Shown here: piece after piece, positions 59,968-64,000 of the stretch
How the letters are laid out: each line of letters opens with the position of its first letter
How positions within the stretch are numbered: position 1 is the first letter of the stretch
Assembly: GCA_963706365.1 (NCBI GenBank)
Contig: OY970150.1
Location: forward strand, 293,364-357,363
DNA length: 64,000 bases
Source: an uncultured Alphaproteobacteria bacterium
GTDB taxonomy: Bacteria; Pseudomonadota; Alphaproteobacteria; JAJTHO01; G963706365
Direction of reading: 5' to 3'
Program-made: the position numbers and the translations under genes
The notes under the pieces: model-generated
The model's input: the letters and a program-made list of their open reading frames with translations, nothing else
Databases searched by the model: none
Told to the model about the DNA's origin: nothing

Positions 59968-61137
59968 ATGCTAAAGAAACTTTTTGGTTCATCGAATGAG
60001 ATTACTGTTAAATATAGTGCCGCTGGTGCCGTGATGGCCGGTAACACATTTTATACCGCTGGCCAGGCACATTGGACACCCCGAGACTACACGCGCCTAT
60101 CCAAGGAAGGCTATGAACAAAACGTTGTTGCTTTTCGTTGTGTGCGGGAAATTGCCGCCAGCGTGGCCGGTATTCCGGTTTTATTATTTCAAGATGGTAA
60201 CGAACTCTCTAAACACCCTATTCTTTCCCTGTTAAAACAGCCGAACCCGGTCAATAGTTCCAGCAGTTTTATAGAAACCATTATAAGCCAGCTGTTAATT
60301 GCCGGTAATGCCTATGTTGAAATGGTTTGTAATGATGATGGCAAGCCAGTGGAATTATGGGCGTTGCGTCCTGATCGTATGAAAGTAGTGCCCGGTAAAC
60401 ACGGGTTGCCAGCGGCGTATGAATATAGTGTTGGAACAAAATCAAAGCGGTGGAATTGTGATGCTGTTAGTGGCCAATCGCCGATTTTGCATTTCAAATA
60501 TTTCCACCCTAGTGATGATTGGTATGGCATGGGGCCATTGGAGGCCTGTTCTCATGCCATTGATCAATACAACACAGCAGAGCATTGGAACCAGGCATTA
60601 CTACAAAATGGTTGTCGGCCTTCCGGTGCCTTAACCGTAGAGGGCGTTTCTGGTGAGCCTTTAACCCTTTCTGAAGAGCAGTTCAATCGTTTAAAAAAGC
60701 AGTTGGAAAACCAGTATAGCGGTGCGGCTAATGCCGGAAAACCTATTTTACTGGAGGGCGGCTTAAAGTGGACAGAGATGATGTTATCCCCCAAAGATAT
60801 GGATTATATCAATGTTAAAAATTCAGCAGCGCGTGAAATTGCCTTGGCGTTTGGCTACCCGCCAATGTTATTGGGGTTACCTGGCGACAATACCTATACC
60901 AATCAAAAAGAAGCCCGCCTTGCCTTATATGAACAAACGGTGCTGCCTCTAATCAGGCAATTCCTTACCGGGCTGGAAGGCTGGTTGCTGCCGTGTTTTG
61001 CTGACAACTTAAAATTATCTTACGATGAGGATGCCATTAGTGCATTGCATCCTAGAAGAGAATTGTTATGGAATCGCATTAAAGATGCCGATTTTTTAAC
61101 CAACGCTGAAAAGCGTGCTGCTGTTGGTTATGATTGA
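59968..61137 (+). CDS. HK97-family phage portal protein (GTA-like, orphan)
   Basis: 'GNAYVE', 'LRPDRM', 'WNQALLQNGCRPSGAL', 'LLEGGLKW', 'PPMLLGLPGDNTY', 'EKRAAVGY'. Confidence 0.92.
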   Translation: MLKKLFGSSNEITVKYSAAGAVMAGNTFYTAGQAHWTPRDYTRLSKEGYEQNVVAFRCVREIAASVAGIPVLLFQDGNELSKHPILSLLKQPNPVNSSSSFIETIISQLLIAGNAYVEMVCNDDGKPVELWALRPDRMKVVPGKHGLPAAYEYSVGTKSKRWNCDAVSGQSPILHFKYFHPSDDWYGMGPLEACSHAIDQYNTAEHWNQALLQNGCRPSGALTVEGVSGEPLTLSEEQFNRLKKQLENQYSGAANAGKPILLEGGLKWTEMMLSPKDMDYINVKNSAAREIALAFGYPPMLLGLPGDNTYTNQKEARLALYEQTVLPLIRQFLTGLEGWLLPCFADNLKLSYDEDAISALHPRRELLWNRIKDADFLTNAEKRAAVGYD

Positions 61138-61190
61138 CAAAAAATATTTCTTATTATGCGCCGGCAAAAATAATCTTATAACAATGGTGC

Positions 61191-63005
61191 ATGCTAGAGC
61201 ATATTTTATTTTTACCGCTGATTGCCGCCGTCATGCAATCAGCATTGGGGGGAAGGCGTTCAGCTTGCTTAACTGTAATTAGTTTAATACTTTGCTTTTC
61301 AATTTTAACTTATTGTTTTTTAATTGGAAATAAGGGAGTAGAACTTGTTTTAATGCATAGCCATCCGGCAATGCCTAACGCGTTTAAATTTGGCGCGGTT
61401 TGGGGAAATCATGAGGGATCCATGCTGTTGTGGATTTTATTGCTGGCGCTACCCTCCCCTTTTTTTAAAACAACCGAAGCAAGACAGGTATCAGGTTGGC
61501 TAATAACTGGTGCCTTGATTTTTCTTTATTTTACAGCCAATCCTTTTTTACCAGCCTTAGGCAATGAATTCCAAAAACAATTTAATGGTTTAAACCCGCT
61601 ATTACAGGATATTGCCTTGATGGTGCATCCGCCCGTTTTGTATGTGGGCTATACATTGGCTGCTGTACCATTTTGCTATCTTGTGGGGTATTATTTATTG
61701 GCAGATAAACCCATTAGTAAAGACGGTGCATCAGGCTATATCGAGGCTAATAAAACCTTATCAAAATATAGCCGTAATTATACACAGGCCGCGTGGTCTT
61801 TTTTAACCGTTGGCATTGTTTTAGGCAGTTGGTGGGCTTATCGAGAATTAGGCTGGGGGGGCTGGTGGTTTTGGGATCCGGTTGAAAATGCTTCGCTGAT
61901 TCCTTGGTTATTATTAACGGCCTTGATGCATAGCAACATCAGCACTGCCAAATTTAATCTGTTTCCTGTGTGGACATCTTTATTAACTGTTTTAGCTTTT
62001 AGCAGCGCCATTTTTGGCATGTTTATAACACGCAGCGGCTTGTTAGTATCCGTTCATGCCTTTGCTAGTGATCCTACGCGTGGAACGGTATTATTCGGAT
62101 ACTTCTGTTTAGTATTTTTCACCGGGCTTTATGCGGTTTATATGCAATGGAAAAGTAAAAATAATACATTAATTCCCCCTGCTGCGTTGGCCTTTACCAG
62201 CCGTGAAAATTTTATCTTATTAAATAATATTTTAATGTTAACCAGTGCATTAATTATATTAATTGCAACACTTTGGCCTTTGTTAGATAAGGAAATTTCT
62301 ATTGGGGCACCGTTTTATAACGAAGCTGTGTTGCCGATCTTTTTACTGGTTTTTCCCTTGATGGCTATTGCTGTTTTGCTGCCTTGGCGAAAGGGGGTAA
62401 ACCTTACAAAATATAAAAAAATGCAGCTGCTAGCCTTAGGCTGTGCGGCTGCATTAGGCGGCATTATGATGCTGTGGCTTCAACCTTTAAAACATCAAAT
62501 AATGGCCATTGCCACTACTGCGGTTTTAATGAGTTTAATTGCATCCCTTTGGTTTGTGCGCCTGAAATCTATATCATTGCTTTTAGGACATGCCGGAATG
62601 GCCGTTAGTGTGCTGGGCATGTTACTTGTGGCGTTGTTCAGCCAGCAGAAAATTATGGCTATGGCTATTGATGATTCCATTGTTGCAAACGTCCAAATAT
62701 TCACGCTGAGAAAAATGGAACAGGGTGCCAAAGATAACTATTTTTATCGACAAGCGACATTTGTTACAGAATCAAAACAACTAAATGTGCAAAACAGGCT
62801 TTACCCGAATAATCAAATGAATACCACAGAAGTGGCTATATTACCCAATTGGTTAAGCCACTATTACCTTGTTTTAGGGGATAGAGAGCAGGATAAATTT
62901 ACTGTGCACCTTTATTATTACCCGGCTATCCGGCTTATTTGGCTGGGGGGGGTGATAATGGCCATTGGCGGCTTGTGGGGTATTGTGTTAAGGTGGCGAA
63001 AATGA
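61191..63005 (+). CDS. ccmF: Cytochrome c biogenesis heme lyase CcmF
   Basis: 'WGNHEGSMLLW', 'HPPVLY', 'WAYRELGWGGWWFWDPVENAS', 'SVHAFA'. Confidence 0.96.
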   Translation: MLEHILFLPLIAAVMQSALGGRRSACLTVISLILCFSILTYCFLIGNKGVELVLMHSHPAMPNAFKFGAVWGNHEGSMLLWILLLALPSPFFKTTEARQVSGWLITGALIFLYFTANPFLPALGNEFQKQFNGLNPLLQDIALMVHPPVLYVGYTLAAVPFCYLVGYYLLADKPISKDGASGYIEANKTLSKYSRNYTQAAWSFLTVGIVLGSWWAYRELGWGGWWFWDPVENASLIPWLLLTALMHSNISTAKFNLFPVWTSLLTVLAFSSAIFGMFITRSGLLVSVHAFASDPTRGTVLFGYFCLVFFTGLYAVYMQWKSKNNTLIPPAALAFTSRENFILLNNILMLTSALIILIATLWPLLDKEISIGAPFYNEAVLPIFLLVFPLMAIAVLLPWRKGVNLTKYKKMQLLALGCAAALGGIMMLWLQPLKHQIMAIATTAVLMSLIASLWFVRLKSISLLLGHAGMAVSVLGMLLVALFSQQKIMAMAIDDSIVANVQIFTLRKMEQGAKDNYFYRQATFVTESKQLNVQNRLYPNNQMNTTEVAILPNWLSHYYLVLGDREQDKFTVHLYYYPAIRLIWLGGVIMAIGGLWGIVLRWRK

Positions 63006-64000
63006 AACATTTTAATACAAGTGATGCTGATTTTGCCACAGATTTTGCCGCATTTTTAGCTATGCGTAATGAGCCGGATGATGATGGTTCATTAAGGCAA
63101 ACAGTGTCTGATATTATTAAAAACGTGAAGACTAATGGCGTTCGTGCCGTTCAGTATTATACACAACAGTTTGATGGTTTTGATTGGAATGGCGCGCCTT
63201 TTTCAGCGGATAGTATTGCAGAACAGGCAGCAAGGTGTGACGCAAAGGTTTATGACGCTTTAAAATTAGCGGCTCAACGCATTCAAACTTTTCACGAAAA
63301 GCAACTGCCGCAAGGTTTTGAACAGCAAGAGCCTGGCATTACGTCTGGTATGCGTTGGAACAGCATTGCGTGTGCTGGTATTTATGTGCCCGGTGGTTTA
63401 GCCAGTTATCCAAGCTCTGTATTAATGAACGCTATTCCGGCTAGGGTAGCAGGCGTAAAACGGTTGGTGATGACGATGCCAACCCCTAATAAACAGGCAA
63501 ATCCGGCTATTTTTGCGGCTGCACAATTGGCAGGTGTTACAGAAATTTATCCTATTGGTGGAGCACAAGCCATCGCCTACTTAACGCATCACATTAAGGT
63601 TGATAAAATTGTTGGCCCTGGCAATGCCTATGTGGCCGAAGCCAAACGGCAGGTTTATGGCATGGTGGGCATAGACAGTATTGCTGGCCCTTCTGAAATT
63701 TTAGTCGTGGCTGATGAAACAGCCAACCCCAAATGGCTGGCATGGGATTTATTATCTCAGGCAGAGCACGATGCTAATGCCCAAAGCATATTAATCTGCA
63801 ACAATAAAAAAATAATAGAAAATACTGAAAAAGAAATAGAAATTATTTTAAAATCTTTGCCAAAACGCGCGATTGCACAGCAGGCAATTAACAATTTTTC
63901 TGCAATGGTTTATGTGGATGATTTGGCCAAAAATGCCCCAACATTGATAGACCAAATTGCCCCAGAGCATTTGGAATTATGTACCAAAAACCCAACGCAG
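63002..64000 (+). CDS. hisD: Histidinol dehydrogenase (partial, runs off the window)
   Basis: Not in the ORF track. The frame from ATG 63002 (MKHFNTSDADF...) contains 'GIYVPGG', 'GPGNAYVAEAKRQV', 'AGPSE', 'SQAEHD', 'APEHLEL'. Confidence 0.96.
   Translation, partial: MKHFNTSDADFATDFAAFLAMRNEPDDDGSLRQTVSDIIKNVKTNGVRAVQYYTQQFDGFDWNGAPFSADSIAEQAARCDAKVYDALKLAAQRIQTFHEKQLPQGFEQQEPGITSGMRWNSIACAGIYVPGGLASYPSSVLMNAIPARVAGVKRLVMTMPTPNKQANPAIFAAAQLAGVTEIYPIGGAQAIAYLTHHIKVDKIVGPGNAYVAEAKRQVYGMVGIDSIAGPSEILVVADETANPKWLAWDLLSQAEHDANAQSILICNNKKIIENTEKEIEIILKSLPKRAIAQQAINNFSAMVYVDDLAKNAPTLIDQIAPEHLELCTKNPTQ

Noticed and set aside
59968-61137. Prophage around the portal gene
   Set aside because: No other phage genes, integrase or att sites flank it.

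Overview
Chromosomal window from an alphaproteobacterium-like host (inferred from the hemD/COG4223/hemY, yajC-secD-secF and argS-SPOR gene arrangements). A ~28.6 kb accessory zone lies between two convergent tRNA genes, tRNA-Lys (4642-4717, +) and tRNA-Asn (33320-33394, -). It holds: (i) a stop-interrupted, circularly permuted ATP-grasp-like gene and a 5'-truncated, divergent acnB; (ii) a nest of IS3/IS256/IS5 elements; (iii) a decaying P4-integrase/AlpA/primase/DUF3987 satellite-like element; and (iv) an apparently intact 15.2 kb satellite-like integrative element bounded by a 49-bp direct repeat of the tRNA-Asn 3' part. Element (iv) carries an integrase, Fic, an excisionase, a Toprim-DUF927 replicase, a symmetric iteron array, a Type ISP restriction-modification enzyme coupled to a TIR protein, and an uncharacterised three-gene operon ending in a papain-like Cys/His protein. 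That operon is the best candidate for an undescribed toxin-antitoxin or anti-phage system. The rest is housekeeping (cysS, hisI, futA-like, dsbD, sec, argS, trmJ, ileS, hslO, glnB, sulP, SNF2, ccmF, hisD) with an orphan HK97-type portal gene. All family calls are from motif recognition by eye; no searches were run.
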